Below are positions 40,355 to 50,425 of a DNA stretch of 64,000 nt, piece by piece. The stretch spans positions 8,022 through 72,021 of the forward strand of contig JBIQJB010000008.1 in assembly GCA_044507735.1 (NCBI GenBank), in the 5' to 3' direction. The position numbers were made by a program, and so were the translations under genes. The DNA is from Nitrosopumilales archaeon (lineage in GTDB: Archaea > Thermoproteota > Nitrososphaeria > Nitrososphaerales > Nitrososphaeraceae). The notes under the pieces are model-generated. The model was given only the letters and a program-made list of their open reading frames with translations, was not told where the DNA came from and did not search any database. Numbering within the stretch: the first letter of the stretch is position 1; each line of letters opens with the position of its first letter.

Positions 40355-40705
40355 TTGAATATCATTAATAACATTCTTGTGTGTAAAAATTACAGATTGT
40401 CAACGCTTGGCCTAGTGATGCTCGCAGTGCCGGTCATAGCAGGGGTCACGGTCTTTGGTCTGCTGGTTTCTTGGGGCAGCATCTTTCACGACGGCGATTC
40501 CTCAACAATTGCTGAGAATAGGACAACGGCAACAATAAGCGCGTCGGAGACGTACAACAATCCTGTGCCAGATGGCAACAACATCAACAATAGCGGCGGC
40601 CTCTTTTACAGCTCTGATGTGCCATCAACAAAATATTTGGAGGAAAGGGTAGGGGGGTCGGAATACACGCAGCTTGAGGACAATCGCACTTTTGTAGGCA
40701 ACTAG
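40355..40705 (+). CDS. Membrane-anchored hypothetical protein
   Basis: One TM and a polar ectodomain; start uncertain. Confidence 0.5.
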   Translation: MNIINNILVCKNYRLSTLGLVMLAVPVIAGVTVFGLLVSWGSIFHDGDSSTIAENRTTATISASETYNNPVPDGNNINNSGGLFYSSDVPSTKYLEERVGGSEYTQLEDNRTFVGN

Positions 40706-41346
40706 GCGATCAGATGGTGGCGGCGCTTTCTCACCAGATATGATTCGTATATCGATTTTGTCAGCATGACGGTCAACAGCCCGTAGAACATGTTGAAGGA
40801 AAGCGAGCCTGTGACAACTCTGTCCATCATTGCAAGCAGGTCGCCGGTCGCAACCTCGTAGTACCTTCCTGTAGGCACCTGCTGTGTGATCTCTTGGCTT
40901 TCAATGGAGTTGAGTAGCGGGACCATCACCCCGTAGGTTATTGGAACGAATAAGGCTACCCACAGCACAAACCCGGCCGACAGACCGTATGCAGGCGCAT
41001 ACCTGGCAATCCTTCTTGATGCGAGCGGGACAGAGATCGCAAGCCCGATCAAGCTGCCTGCTGCTAGGTGCATCAAAAGCCCAAGCATTGCTGTGCCAGC
41101 ACTGTAGTCCTGCGTTTGCAGGAGAGCAGAGGCAAGTACAAGGTAGAACGTGCCCAGCGGGAGCTCTGATATCCTTTCTACGAGCAGCAAAAGGCCGCTT
41201 ATTGCCAGCGACGATATGACACCAGCCGCCAGGCCTGAGCCGGTCATCGCCAGCTGAGGCTTTGGCCACTGCAGGCCTGTCTTGGATTTCATACCGTGTA
41301 CAAGACCTCCCTCTTCCTTCTTACTTCTATGCAGCCTGAACCCCAT
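40702..41346 (-). CDS. Four-TM membrane protein, paralog of 41327-41914
   Basis: LPLGTFY...LMHLAAGSLIG...WVALFVP. Confidence 0.8.
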   Translation of the reverse strand: MGFRLHRSKKEEGGLVHGMKSKTGLQWPKPQLAMTGSGLAAGVISSLAISGLLLLVERISELPLGTFYLVLASALLQTQDYSAGTAMLGLLMHLAAGSLIGLAISVPLASRRIARYAPAYGLSAGFVLWVALFVPITYGVMVPLLNSIESQEITQQVPTGRYYEVATGDLLAMMDRVVTGSLSFNMFYGLLTVMLTKSIYESYLVRKRRHHLIA

Positions 41347-41914
41347 GCTGTTGTCCTCCCTCCATTGTTGTTGCTGTCTTCACGACATCCCGTCCCGATG
41401 TCACTATCCTCGCGAGGAACCCCAGAATGCTTCCAAACATGAAGTGCATCGCAAGCGCGCCATAAAGTATCGAATCAGACATCTCGATCAGCCGCTCAGC
41501 CCTTGGATCTGGCACTGTCAGCATGCCCTGCAGCGCCGGCTCGACCAAGAACAAGTGCAGAGGGACAAATAGTACAGCCCAGACTGCAAGCCCGGTGGCG
41601 ACTCCTGTACCAAACCAGCTGGCGGTGGAAAAGTTCCTGAGCTTTCTTATGCGCTCTGATATGACCATGTAGACCATGCCGATTATCGCGCCTGTCAGCA
41701 TGTGCAACCCAAACCCGAGATAGATAGCTGGCCATTCTGCAGTTACCCCAAGCGACACCCCTATCATTTCATAAAACGTCCCCGGCGGCAGGCCTAGCTG
41801 GGCCCCTGCCCCAAGCACAAGGCCGAAAATTGCCCAAGCCGCGCCTATGCCTAGCAGTGCGCCGAGCCTCAGCGAGCTTCCAAGGAGAGGCTTTTCATAA
41901 ACCTGCTCTACCAT
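41327..41914 (-). CDS. Four-TM membrane protein with two intramembrane His
   Basis: LPPGTFY...GLHMLTGAIIG...WAVLFVP...AMHFMFG. Confidence 0.8.
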   Translation of the reverse strand: MVEQVYEKPLLGSSLRLGALLGIGAAWAIFGLVLGAGAQLGLPPGTFYEMIGVSLGVTAEWPAIYLGFGLHMLTGAIIGMVYMVISERIRKLRNFSTASWFGTGVATGLAVWAVLFVPLHLFLVEPALQGMLTVPDPRAERLIEMSDSILYGALAMHFMFGSILGFLARIVTSGRDVVKTATTMEGGQQHGVQAA

Positions 41915-42084
41915 ATGCTATTATCTCAAATCGAATATTTACGCTTTTATCTGATGGTAAATCGAAAAGGTCTCAAAAGTGCTGCAAATAATGTCACATT
42001 CACAGAATTATATCAACTTTAGTGTAAATATTGCACACAGGATTCCAACCAGCGGCTCGAGCATGCTGCCAACATTAAATAGAC

Positions 42085-42510
42085 TTGGATGGAAAAATGT
42101 GGCTGCAAGTGCCACCTGAAAGCAAGAAAAGACAAGTGATCTTAACGAGGATGGCCGCAAACGGCATCATCAGTTATTCCAGAGGGCACCACCCAAACGA
42201 AGCGATCCTGATACTACGCGGCAAGGCCACCCGCGACACGATAACCGTTGACGGGCTTGCCATCCCGCCGTTTGCCTCCAGCGGCCCCTACTTTTCCGGC
42301 TTTTCGAATTTTTTCCTGCCCATTGATAGCTCGTATGTAGGCACTGTCCACTCTCACCCAAGCGGCTCGAACAGGCCTTCACTCGAAGATCTTAACCGCG
42401 GATTCTTTGGGTCAGTCTCGATCATCATAGCGTACCCGTACGAAGACGAAACGATAGCCGCCTACAACAGCTCGGGGGACAGGCTGGAAATCAAGATACT
42501 TGGCGGCTGA
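42085..42510 (+). CDS. JAMM/MPN+ metalloprotease
   Basis: PNEAIL and HSHPSGSNRPSLED (HxHx7Sx2D). Confidence 0.9.
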   Translation: MDGKMWLQVPPESKKRQVILTRMAANGIISYSRGHHPNEAILILRGKATRDTITVDGLAIPPFASSGPYFSGFSNFFLPIDSSYVGTVHSHPSGSNRPSLEDLNRGFFGSVSIIIAYPYEDETIAAYNSSGDRLEIKILGG

Positions 42511-42567
42511 TGCACCGGCCAGATCCTTCTGGAATTCATATAAGCATTGTATGCAAATGGGTAGCAA

Positions 42568-43311
42568 ATGAGGAAGAGGAGCAGCCGCAGCCGGAAGAGC
42601 AAGCGTGATAATGACAAGAGTTCTCAGCAGATGGATTTTGGCAGGAGAATTACCGCTATTTACGGCCTTAACCTGGCGCTTTCGTATGAAAACGCTGCAG
42701 CTGAGCGGCTTGAACAGAGGGCGTCTCAATGTATTGTCCCAGAAGTAAAGAAGAACCTAGAGCGCCACCTAAAGCAGACAAGGGGGCAGCAGGAGAGGCT
42801 GAGGGAGCGGATCCAGGCCCTGGCTGCCGCTGCTGGTACTACTTCCGTGGAGCCGGAGGCAACAACTCCCACTACAGAGAGCGGTCGCCTGCCCATTCCA
42901 GAACCGCCGCGTTCTTTCAGGAACATGATGGACGAGGTAGGGACTGATCGGGAAAGGGAGGTTTGGGAATCGGTAAACGATCTAATAATTGAAAATGCAG
43001 AAGTGGTGATGTATAGGTCTGGCATACAGGCGCTAGAGCTGCTTGGTGCGGACAAGAAGACTATCAGCGCGCTGAAGAAGAACCTGCAGGAAGAAGAAGC
43101 GTTTGCCAAGCTGCTTGAAAAGAATAACCCGAGAATCGCAAAGAAGCTGATGAAGGAGCAGATGAAAGAAGGAAAGGAGAAGAGGATTGTCCAGGTTGAA
43201 GCCACTGCCGCAGGCGGAGGACGAGAAGGAGAAGAAGAAAAAGCACCTTCGGTGGCCACTACAGATTCCGAGACGGCAGCCGCTACTACTACCACCACCA
43301 CTGCCGCCTGA
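42568..43311 (+). CDS. Ferritin-like DUF892 (YciE/YciF) protein
   Basis: ALSYENAA...HLKQTRGQQERL...IENAEVVMY...NLQEE. Confidence 0.8.
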   Translation: MRKRSSRSRKSKRDNDKSSQQMDFGRRITAIYGLNLALSYENAAAERLEQRASQCIVPEVKKNLERHLKQTRGQQERLRERIQALAAAAGTTSVEPEATTPTTESGRLPIPEPPRSFRNMMDEVGTDREREVWESVNDLIIENAEVVMYRSGIQALELLGADKKTISALKKNLQEEEAFAKLLEKNNPRIAKKLMKEQMKEGKEKRIVQVEATAAGGGREGEEEKAPSVATTDSETAAATTTTTTAA

Positions 43312-43316
43312 ACTTT

Positions 43317-43862
43317 CTATTTCTTTAGCTCTGCCCTGAAAATTGAATCTAGGTTTCCCAGGTCTTTTGGATATATTGATATGACTCTGAGTCCGTTTTC
43401 ACGGTAGCGCGCCATCTTCCACTCCATCCCTTTGACGTATTCTCTTCTCTTGCTGGGCTCCTCCGTGTTGACCATCCCCCAATATTCTACATAGATGTCA
43501 TATTCGGGGAGGTAAAAGTCCGGCCTGCTTATTACTCTCCTATTTGATGAATCGCTGGCGGGCTTTTCATATTCGTACTTGATGTTGTGTGCATGCAAAT
43601 AGTCGGCGATCATCTTTTCCCCTCCACTCTTGACGACCTCGCCTCTGGCGGTCAGCAGCCTCTGGCGGTAGTGCTCGCCATCGCGCTTTGTATGCCTCCG
43701 GCTCGCGAGGAATATTGCAAGAGATATTGCAGCCGCCGCGGCATTGAACAGCAGCCATTCCTGCAGATTCACAGCAGAAATGATCTCAAACCAAATCCCG
43801 GCGGCAACAAGTGCATCGGCAACAAGCAATGCTGCCACGACTCCGAGCCTTGCGCTGACCAT
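43317..43862 (-). CDS. Two-TM-anchored PD-(D/E)xK nuclease-like domain protein
   Basis: GEVVKSGGEKMIADYL...YEYE...PDFYLPEYDIYVEYWGM. Confidence 0.75.
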   Translation of the reverse strand: MVSARLGVVAALLVADALVAAGIWFEIISAVNLQEWLLFNAAAAAISLAIFLASRRHTKRDGEHYRQRLLTARGEVVKSGGEKMIADYLHAHNIKYEYEKPASDSSNRRVISRPDFYLPEYDIYVEYWGMVNTEEPSKRREYVKGMEWKMARYRENGLRVISIYPKDLGNLDSIFRAELKK

Positions 43863-44228
43863 ACTGAAGAATTTGGCCGGGCTGGCTGTAATAAACAGTG
43901 CGTAACACTAGAGGCTTCTGCTCAATATCAAGAGAAGCGCAACAAATTGATAATAACAGCAGTAGTGGCCGGCGGCCTACCTTACGACAACACCTCCCCT
44001 CTGATGAAAAAATTTCCGGCTCCGATCGTTATCGGTCACAGCTCGTCACAGGCACGGCAGAGCAGATCATGATCCAAATAATCTTCTTTCTAGAAACAAT
44101 GGTTGGCTAGCAGCAGGTGCGCATGGTGGCAAATACTGTCTTGCCACTTTTATAATTTCTCTCGATCTTCTTTTCTTGTAGATACGACACTGAAAATTCT
44201 TCCAACAAATTATTAACATATCGGTTTC

Positions 44229-45005
44229 TTGGTGCGCAAGATGCAGTCTACGAAACTAGTATACATTTTTTTGATACCTGCACTTCTGATTGCGGCCAGC
44301 GTCGGTACAGGTGTTCAAAAAGTTTGGGCAGAAAAAGCGACTCTATTGAACGACGACTCTAAGGAATGGAAAGGTACGTCAAGCGGCTATGTTTCGCCGG
44401 ATAAAAAGTGGAAAGTAGTCCATCCCGGCAGGGGCTATGCAAAGGTTGACGACGGAGAATTGAAGCTGCGGCCAAAGATCGACGACAACAAGAGACACTC
44501 GACATTAGTTCTCGCAAACAAGATAGATTTCAAGGGCATCCACGGCAAGTTTGAAGTCAAGCTTGAAAAGCAAGGAAAGAACCCTAAGAATTGGGATTCA
44601 TTCTGGGCAATGCTTGCCTATGTCAACAAGGAGACCCACATTGCGTTTGTGATGAAAACAGACGACGGCGGATGGAAGATAACAAAGCGCGATCATGACC
44701 ATGAAGGCAAGGACCGACATGTAACAATAGCTCAAGGCCATCAGTTCCCAGAAGCCAAGAAGGGACACTGGTACAAAGTAGAGTACTGGGTAGTGCCAAA
44801 CGGCGACGATCTGCACATACGCCTGAAAGTTGACGGCAAGACACTGGTGGACAAAGATGACAACGCAAAGTGGGAAAGGAACGGCAAAGAAGGAAAGGGG
44901 ACCAGTAACTACTTCTTGAAGGCAGACAAGACCTTTGGCGCATACTGCGAAAAGTCCTATACCTCCTGGAGAAACATTTGGGTAGAGGAAGTAAAGGACT
45001 GGTAG
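44229..45005 (+). CDS. Secreted Lys/Trp-rich beta-sandwich (ConA/lectin-like) protein
   Basis: Signal peptide; KKGHWYKVEYWV...IRLKVDGKTLVD. Confidence 0.75.
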   Translation: MVRKMQSTKLVYIFLIPALLIAASVGTGVQKVWAEKATLLNDDSKEWKGTSSGYVSPDKKWKVVHPGRGYAKVDDGELKLRPKIDDNKRHSTLVLANKIDFKGIHGKFEVKLEKQGKNPKNWDSFWAMLAYVNKETHIAFVMKTDDGGWKITKRDHDHEGKDRHVTIAQGHQFPEAKKGHWYKVEYWVVPNGDDLHIRLKVDGKTLVDKDDNAKWERNGKEGKGTSNYFLKADKTFGAYCEKSYTSWRNIWVEEVKDW

Positions 45006-45020
45006 AGGAAGTAAAAGACC
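44981..45020 (+). repeat. 20-nt tandem duplication spanning the stop codon
   Basis: ggtagaggaagtaaaggact / ggtagaggaagtaaaagacc. Confidence 0.85.
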
Positions 45021-45445
45021 GGGATGACATAATGTAGGATGATGGCTCCATCATCCTTCACTTTTTCTCGTTGTATTATCCGCAAGGCGCCACCAGCGTT
45101 TCTCAACTCTCCCATGTAGCATACAAACAGGCTTTTTCTGATCATATCTGAAAACTGTCTTGCAATAGCAGGAAAAACCGTGAGCAAATAGCAAAAAACC
45201 AACACCCCCTCGTTAGTCACTATAAGAGACAGATCGATGCATATGTGTGCAGCAATCAACCATATTGCCAACTGTAGGTGCGCTCAACAACCTTGGTTGC
45301 CATCTACTATTTTTTGAGCAGCGGATGCCTTTGATCTTCTCTCTGGCCCCTAGTCACTGCCAAACAGCAGCCTTACAGCTTTTGTTTGTCTTCCGGTCAG
45401 TACGGCATCCCATAAATATGCCGACAGATCGATATTTAGGGAGAA

Positions 45446-45583
45446 TTGAGCGGCGGCAACAATGATGATGATGAAGGGGATGATGTCTGCATCAGATGCG
45501 GAGGAACGATGGTTCACATCGGCTTCAAGATTTACCGGTGCCAGCAATGCGGCCACGAAGAAAAACCCGAAGACCGGATGTAG
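45446..45583 (+). CDS. Zinc-ribbon microprotein (45 aa)
   Basis: MSGGNNDDDEGDDVCIRCGGTMVHIGFKIYRCQQCGHEEKPEDRM. Confidence 0.7.
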   Translation: MSGGNNDDDEGDDVCIRCGGTMVHIGFKIYRCQQCGHEEKPEDRM

Positions 45584-46000
45584 CTACCGGTAGTGGACGA
45601 CATTCACCGCGCCGTTGTTTGCAGTGACAATCACTCTGTCAAACTCAAAGTCGTCGCCTTCAGGCGAAACCAGAACTCCAGAGAATGGACCCATGTCCCC
45701 GATGTGCTGCACAGGGTTGTTGTTGCCAAACTGCACGGTCACATTTCGGAGGGTTTCAAAGCTGTTGTTGCTGATCTGTGCTGAAACCACCTGCACCGTC
45801 CCTACCGCCTCTCCCCTCTCGTGAAGGGCAACGTGGAGCCCCGCCCGAGATACAAAGAAGCTGATCATGACAATCCCGAAGATCGCAAAACCGATGAATA
45901 TTATCCGCCGGACGCCGCGTGCGCCGATCCGTCCTTTGCCTCTGCCGTAGCCCTGACGGTATCGGTCGTAGTCCCTTTCCTCGTCATCCCATCTTCCCAA
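45584..46000 (-). CDS. Single-TM membrane protein with small Ig-like domain
   Basis: Basic N-terminus, one TM, beta-rich C-terminus. Confidence 0.75.
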   Translation of the reverse strand: MGRWDDEERDYDRYRQGYGRGKGRIGARGVRRIIFIGFAIFGIVMISFFVSRAGLHVALHERGEAVGTVQVVSAQISNNSFETLRNVTVQFGNNNPVQHIGDMGPFSGVLVSPEGDDFEFDRVIVTANNGAVNVVHYR

Positions 46001-46361
46001 TTTGATCTACGCTTCAATCAATTCTTGTACACCCCTACAGAAAAGCATTGCTTTCGATCTCGCTGGCTGAGTAAATGCTTGTCTTATAGTACCCGCTCCA
46101 TCACGGTGGTAATGAGCGGCGCAAGATTGCGGTTCGTTAACGCTCCATTCAAAAGTGCCGCCCAGCAGACTAGCAAGCAGAGAAGTTTTTGTTGTGCGTG
46201 TGTGTTCTTATCACTTTATGCCATCTCACAACCTGCCGCTCTCTACAATTGCAAGAAACGACGTTATGCGTACGCTGCGTTTACGCCATGAAAAGACAGT
46301 AGCAGCAGCCATGGCACATGTCTACTCAACATAAATAGCTAGACATCCTACATATAGACAG

Positions 46362-46577
46362 ATGATAGAGGACACGACGGAGGAGAAGTTTTTCCGGGAG
46401 AGTTATGCTCAGCAGTTGCAAAAAATTGCACACGACTTTGACCTTGAGGAGGAGAGGAAGAAGGTCAGCCAGCAGGCGATGAAGACTCCGGGCCGGAGAG
46501 GGGAGCAGATAAAGCACGAAGAGATCGATAGAGAGATCGTCAGGCGCTACAAGGAAAAGCAGAACAAACGCCTATGA
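46362..46577 (+). CDS. Small charged helical hypothetical protein
   Basis: 71 aa, highly charged. Confidence 0.7.
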   Translation: MIEDTTEEKFFRESYAQQLQKIAHDFDLEEERKKVSQQAMKTPGRRGEQIKHEEIDREIVRRYKEKQNKRL

Positions 46578-46631
46578 GATTGCTTATCCAGCATTTATAT
46601 TGAAGACAGGCAAAAGGAAATTTGACTATTA

Positions 46632-46889
46632 ATGTCATACGGCGAAAGACGTTTTGGAGGAGGTAGCCGCTTCGGTGGCGGTAGCTCTGGTCCAAAGCCT
46701 GTAGAAACAGGAAAAGAATACGATGTGCAAATCACCGAGACGAGTAGACAAGGCGACGGCGTTGCCAGGGTACAGGGATTTGTTATCTTTGTAAAGGGCG
46801 GCAAACCAGGCCAGAACACAAAAATCAAGGTCACCAACGTTGGTGCCAGATTTGCTACTGCAGAACTAGTAGAACAACAGCAGCAATAA
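46632..46889 (+). CDS. TRAM-domain RNA chaperone (second copy)
   Basis: PKPVETGKEYDVQITETSRQGDGVARVQGFVIFV. Confidence 0.93.
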   Translation: MSYGERRFGGGSRFGGGSSGPKPVETGKEYDVQITETSRQGDGVARVQGFVIFVKGGKPGQNTKIKVTNVGARFATAELVEQQQQ

Positions 46890-47440
46890 AATAAAACAAA
46901 AACAACAAACCCAACAACACAAATGTGGCAACTGCCTTTACGGAAAGTACCACAGACGTTTTTTCTTAAAATCTGACTAAATGTGTGATCAGACGCGTTA
47001 TTCTGGTTCGGACGGCAAGAATATCCACGCATATACATATACGCACAGAAATCATGTTCACAGGCCTGAAGATGAACTGCTTGGCAGCTGTCGGCAGGGT
47101 GTCAACAACATTACTCGATATGGGTCCGCGGGACCCGTAGCTGAAAAGCGAAAATTCCTGCAGGATTTTTTTTGGTCTGCACGCCACATGGGTGATATTG
47201 GTTCGCAGATGTCTGAAGGTTAGGGTCCACCAGAATTTGCAAGAGACAATATCGACAGCGGCGTCGCATTTCCGAGCAACTTCAAGATGATTATTGGATC
47301 TATTGCACTTTGCAGCGCATGTGATGACATCAGCAAGAAAAAACCGCCGCCGGCTCGCGCGGGAGGCAGACAAAATACCTTTGAATCAGAGTATCAGCAT
47401 TCGCTATTGTTAAATAGTTGAGCTTTACACAAAAAGTTCA

Positions 47441-47488
47441 ATGGCAGCAAAAAAGAAAGCCAGCAAGAAGAAGCCAAAGAAGAAGTAA
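47441..47488 (+). CDS. 15-aa lysine-rich micropeptide
   Basis: MAAKKKASKKKPKKK*; ttaaatag at 47410-47417; hairpin and T tract downstream. Confidence 0.6.
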   Translation: MAAKKKASKKKPKKK

Positions 47489-47496
47489 TAACATAA

Positions 47497-47535
47497 CGTC
47501 TGCGATCCCGCAGACGATTTAACTTTTTTCTTTTA
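47497..47535 (+). terminator. Hairpin + oligo-T terminator
   Basis: cgtctgcg-atcc-cgcagacg followed by a T-rich tract. Confidence 0.7.
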
Positions 47536-47999
47536 GGCTTACGCATACACATACACACATACATTCTTCAGTTAACATGCAACATGCAAGACGATGATCA
47601 TGACGGATCTGATTTTTTTCTTAGGTCAGGGCTGACCACAGCATCTCAAAAACATACATGCAAGCGCTGTGCGCAACCGGATGACAGAAGAATCCTTGCT
47701 TGCCCTTAGAGATGGAATGGCAAAGTCTGACGCCGCAGTCAATTTGCAACAATTGTTGTAGAAACAAGCGACAGGAAGCCGTGAAATTGTTGAGTTTTTT
47801 GAGACGACAGGAAAACCCGCGCACCGGTCGCTTGTGCCAAGAAATGAGGTGGAGGAGTAGAAGAGGATGAACAGAACTGCTACAGATGGGGGGGCAGTGC
47901 CACCCATCTTGAATATTCCACGAGCAGAAAATGGCGTCTGGGTGCCGCAACATGCAACTCATATGACCAAACAATGCATATGCAACAAAAGAAGCACTC

Positions 48000-49040
48000 T
48001 CAATCGCTTGAGCTGCGGGCAGCATGAAAAATCTGATTTGAGCCGCTTGCAGTCAACCCCGGCTGTGGGCCACCGCCAACGACATAGATTTTGTCGCCTT
48101 CCGCTGCTGCGACTGCGGCAAGTCCATGACGCGCATTGGGCATTGGATCCCCAGCAGACCACGCATCATTCTGTGGACTATATGCCTCAGCATTACTGAA
48201 CGTGCCGGTGGGTCCCTCGCCTCCAAAAACATAGATGTTGAGGGCAAAGTCTGACGCCGCGGCTGCCAGACCGCCCCTCTTTGAGGGCATCGGTGACAGT
48301 TTGATCCAGCTGTCGCGCTGAGGGTCGTATGCTTCGTTTGAATCAAGGTTAGATAACAGGCTGTCGATCCTTCCACCTATGACGTATAGCAGCCCATCGA
48401 GGGTGGCTGACGCGAGGTGCTGGCGGGGCGTTGGCATCGGGGCCTTTTCCGTCCAGCTGTCGGTCCTTGGATCATATGCTTCGTTTGTTGCCAGCGGAGC
48501 TGCGGAAGGCCCAAAGGTAGAGTTTACCCCGCCAACTGCGTAGAGGATGCCATTGACAAAGTTGGCAGTCAGGGCCCCTCTTGGCGTAGGCATTGCCGCA
48601 AGATCTTTCCACCGGCCAGTTTCTGGGCTGTACGCCAGCAGCCTATCTGAGGGCTCGTTGTCTTCCAGGTAGCCGCCTACCACGTACAATGTGCCATTGT
48701 ACGACGCTGCTGCAGCATGGTGCAGCGGCATGGGCAATGGCTCCAAGGTGTCCCACCGATCGGCCCCCGGATCATATGCCTCAACTGTTGCAACGGCTCT
48801 GCCAAGCCCGTCAAAGCCGCCAATTACATAAATCCGGCCGCCGACCTGGGCACCTGCAACCTCGGTTCGAGGAGTGTGCATCGGCGCGCCTTCCGACCAA
48901 GATGAGGTTGGGGATGGGGAAGGCCCGGTCACGCCTATGGAAGGGGGCATCATCATGAGCGCTATAGCTGCAACGACGACCGCTGCTGATGCAACCGCTG
49001 CGGATGCTACTATTATGATCGCACGTGTGTGCGCAACCAC
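48000..49040 (-). CDS. Membrane-anchored Kelch-repeat beta-propeller
   Basis: Six GG...Y.P...W...MP..R repeats; N-terminal TM. Confidence 0.93.
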   Translation of the reverse strand: MVAHTRAIIIVASAAVASAAVVVAAIALMMMPPSIGVTGPSPSPTSSWSEGAPMHTPRTEVAGAQVGGRIYVIGGFDGLGRAVATVEAYDPGADRWDTLEPLPMPLHHAAAASYNGTLYVVGGYLEDNEPSDRLLAYSPETGRWKDLAAMPTPRGALTANFVNGILYAVGGVNSTFGPSAAPLATNEAYDPRTDSWTEKAPMPTPRQHLASATLDGLLYVIGGRIDSLLSNLDSNEAYDPQRDSWIKLSPMPSKRGGLAAAASDFALNIYVFGGEGPTGTFSNAEAYSPQNDAWSAGDPMPNARHGLAAVAAAEGDKIYVVGGGPQPGLTASGSNQIFHAARSSSD

Positions 49041-49163
49041 GCAACACTATTGAAGTTGCCATGCTAAATCAGTTATTGATAATAGAACTGCTATTGCTAC
49101 ACCTGCAGCTGAGCCTTAGCCAAAAAGCAGGCCCGGAATGATTCGAGATCTTGATGCATGGTT

Positions 49164-49301
49164 TCAGTTTCGTGGCTCAACAAGCCAGACAGAGTGTAAT
49201 GGACAGGGCTTTTGCAAGGTTGTGTCTTTCATCTCTTCTGCTACTTCTTCCGGATCGTTGGCTGTCCCCTCTGTAGCAATGCAATGGAATTCACAAGTCA
49301 A
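49164..49301 (-). CDS. Possible 45-aa Cys/His microprotein
   Basis: MTCEFHCIATEGTANDPEEVAEEMKDTTLQKPCPLHSVWLVEPRN. Confidence 0.35.
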   Translation of the reverse strand: MTCEFHCIATEGTANDPEEVAEEMKDTTLQKPCPLHSVWLVEPRN

Positions 49302-49322
49302 TACAGCACAATCGTGTTTCTG

Positions 49323-50360
49323 TTATTGAATCAATGTTGAAATTATCTTTGCTGCCCTTGCTGCTCCGCCGATATCGATTGCTTCATTACCATTATTATT
49401 CCTGCGGCCGATCTTTTCTTGTATGAGCGACTCGAGCCGGAAAATGTCTTCGTATTTGTAGCCCAGACGGGCTGCTCCCTGCTCCTGCTCAAAGTGACCT
49501 TTTATCGGGATAAAGATGCCCGGGGTACCGTACGCGATCGACTCGTCCATGGTTGACCTCCCTGCAAGCGAGATTACTAAATCTGCAGCATAAACAAGCT
49601 CGTGAAGGTTGTCTACAAAGCCGAGATTGCGGTACTGGCCCGGCGAATCTGGCAGTTTCAGCGATGGCCCAGACACTATGACAAGCTCGCTGTCTAGCTG
49701 CTGCTCGAGCCTGCTGTGCGCCTCGATGACCTTCTCGATGAGATACTTGCCGGCATCTGTTCCACCCGTGCTCGTGACTATGGTCTTTTTCTCAAAACCA
49801 AATTTCCTGCGCAGCGTTTCTCGATCAGCGCGGGCTTCTCTCACTATCGGACCGACATGTCTCACATTGTCATGGTCCTCACCGGCGTCAGGGATTATGA
49901 CGTAGTCGCATGCCTGCATCATCTTTTTCATCGCCTTGTTCATCTTTTTCTCAATCATTGATGCAGGGCCTCTGGTGAAATGCGTCTCTGTCACGTCCGT
50001 TATCAGAACCCGCTGCCTGCCCATCTCCTCGCCTACAGCAATCGATGCAAAATCCTCGTCGCTCACGATCAGGCCGGCGCGCTTTTCCAGAATTTCCTTA
50101 GCAATTGTCTTGCACTTTTTGTAATAAGAGTAATAGTCCATAAGCCACCTGAACGAGTGCTGCAGCTGGCCTGATTCCACCACGAATTTCTCCGGCCTGT
50201 ACATATCTGCCGCGATGTAGCCTTTTCTTGCGATGAGGCGCGCTGCGCCTTCGCCTGTGACAAAGGTGATGTCGTCCTCCGTCCCCTTTAGTTTCTCAGC
50301 GATTGCAATGTCACGGGTCGCATGCCCAAGCCCGATCGGGCTTGTGAAGAAGGTGAGCAT
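49323..50360 (-). CDS. GT28/MurG-like glycosyltransferase
   Basis: SPIGLGHATR, STGGTDAG, ADLVISLAGRSTMDE, HFEQ. Confidence 0.9.
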   Translation of the reverse strand: MLTFFTSPIGLGHATRDIAIAEKLKGTEDDITFVTGEGAARLIARKGYIAADMYRPEKFVVESGQLQHSFRWLMDYYSYYKKCKTIAKEILEKRAGLIVSDEDFASIAVGEEMGRQRVLITDVTETHFTRGPASMIEKKMNKAMKKMMQACDYVIIPDAGEDHDNVRHVGPIVREARADRETLRRKFGFEKKTIVTSTGGTDAGKYLIEKVIEAHSRLEQQLDSELVIVSGPSLKLPDSPGQYRNLGFVDNLHELVYAADLVISLAGRSTMDESIAYGTPGIFIPIKGHFEQEQGAARLGYKYEDIFRLESLIQEKIGRRNNNGNEAIDIGGAARAAKIISTLIQ

Positions 50361-50425
50361 CTCTGCGCAGATATTTTCTTTGCTGCTTATTAATCTGTAC
50401 AAGAGAGAGCGGCATCTTGTATTTC

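Noticed and set aside
43898-44110. Possible luciferase-like oxidoreductase remnant (LVTGTAEQI)
   Set aside because: Similarity too short to support
46920-47400. ORFs 46966-47373 and 46981-47223
   Set aside because: No motifs or protein-like composition; cannot choose a real frame
47620-47990. Possible pseudogene (stop-interrupted plus frame)
   Set aside because: No recognisable family motif
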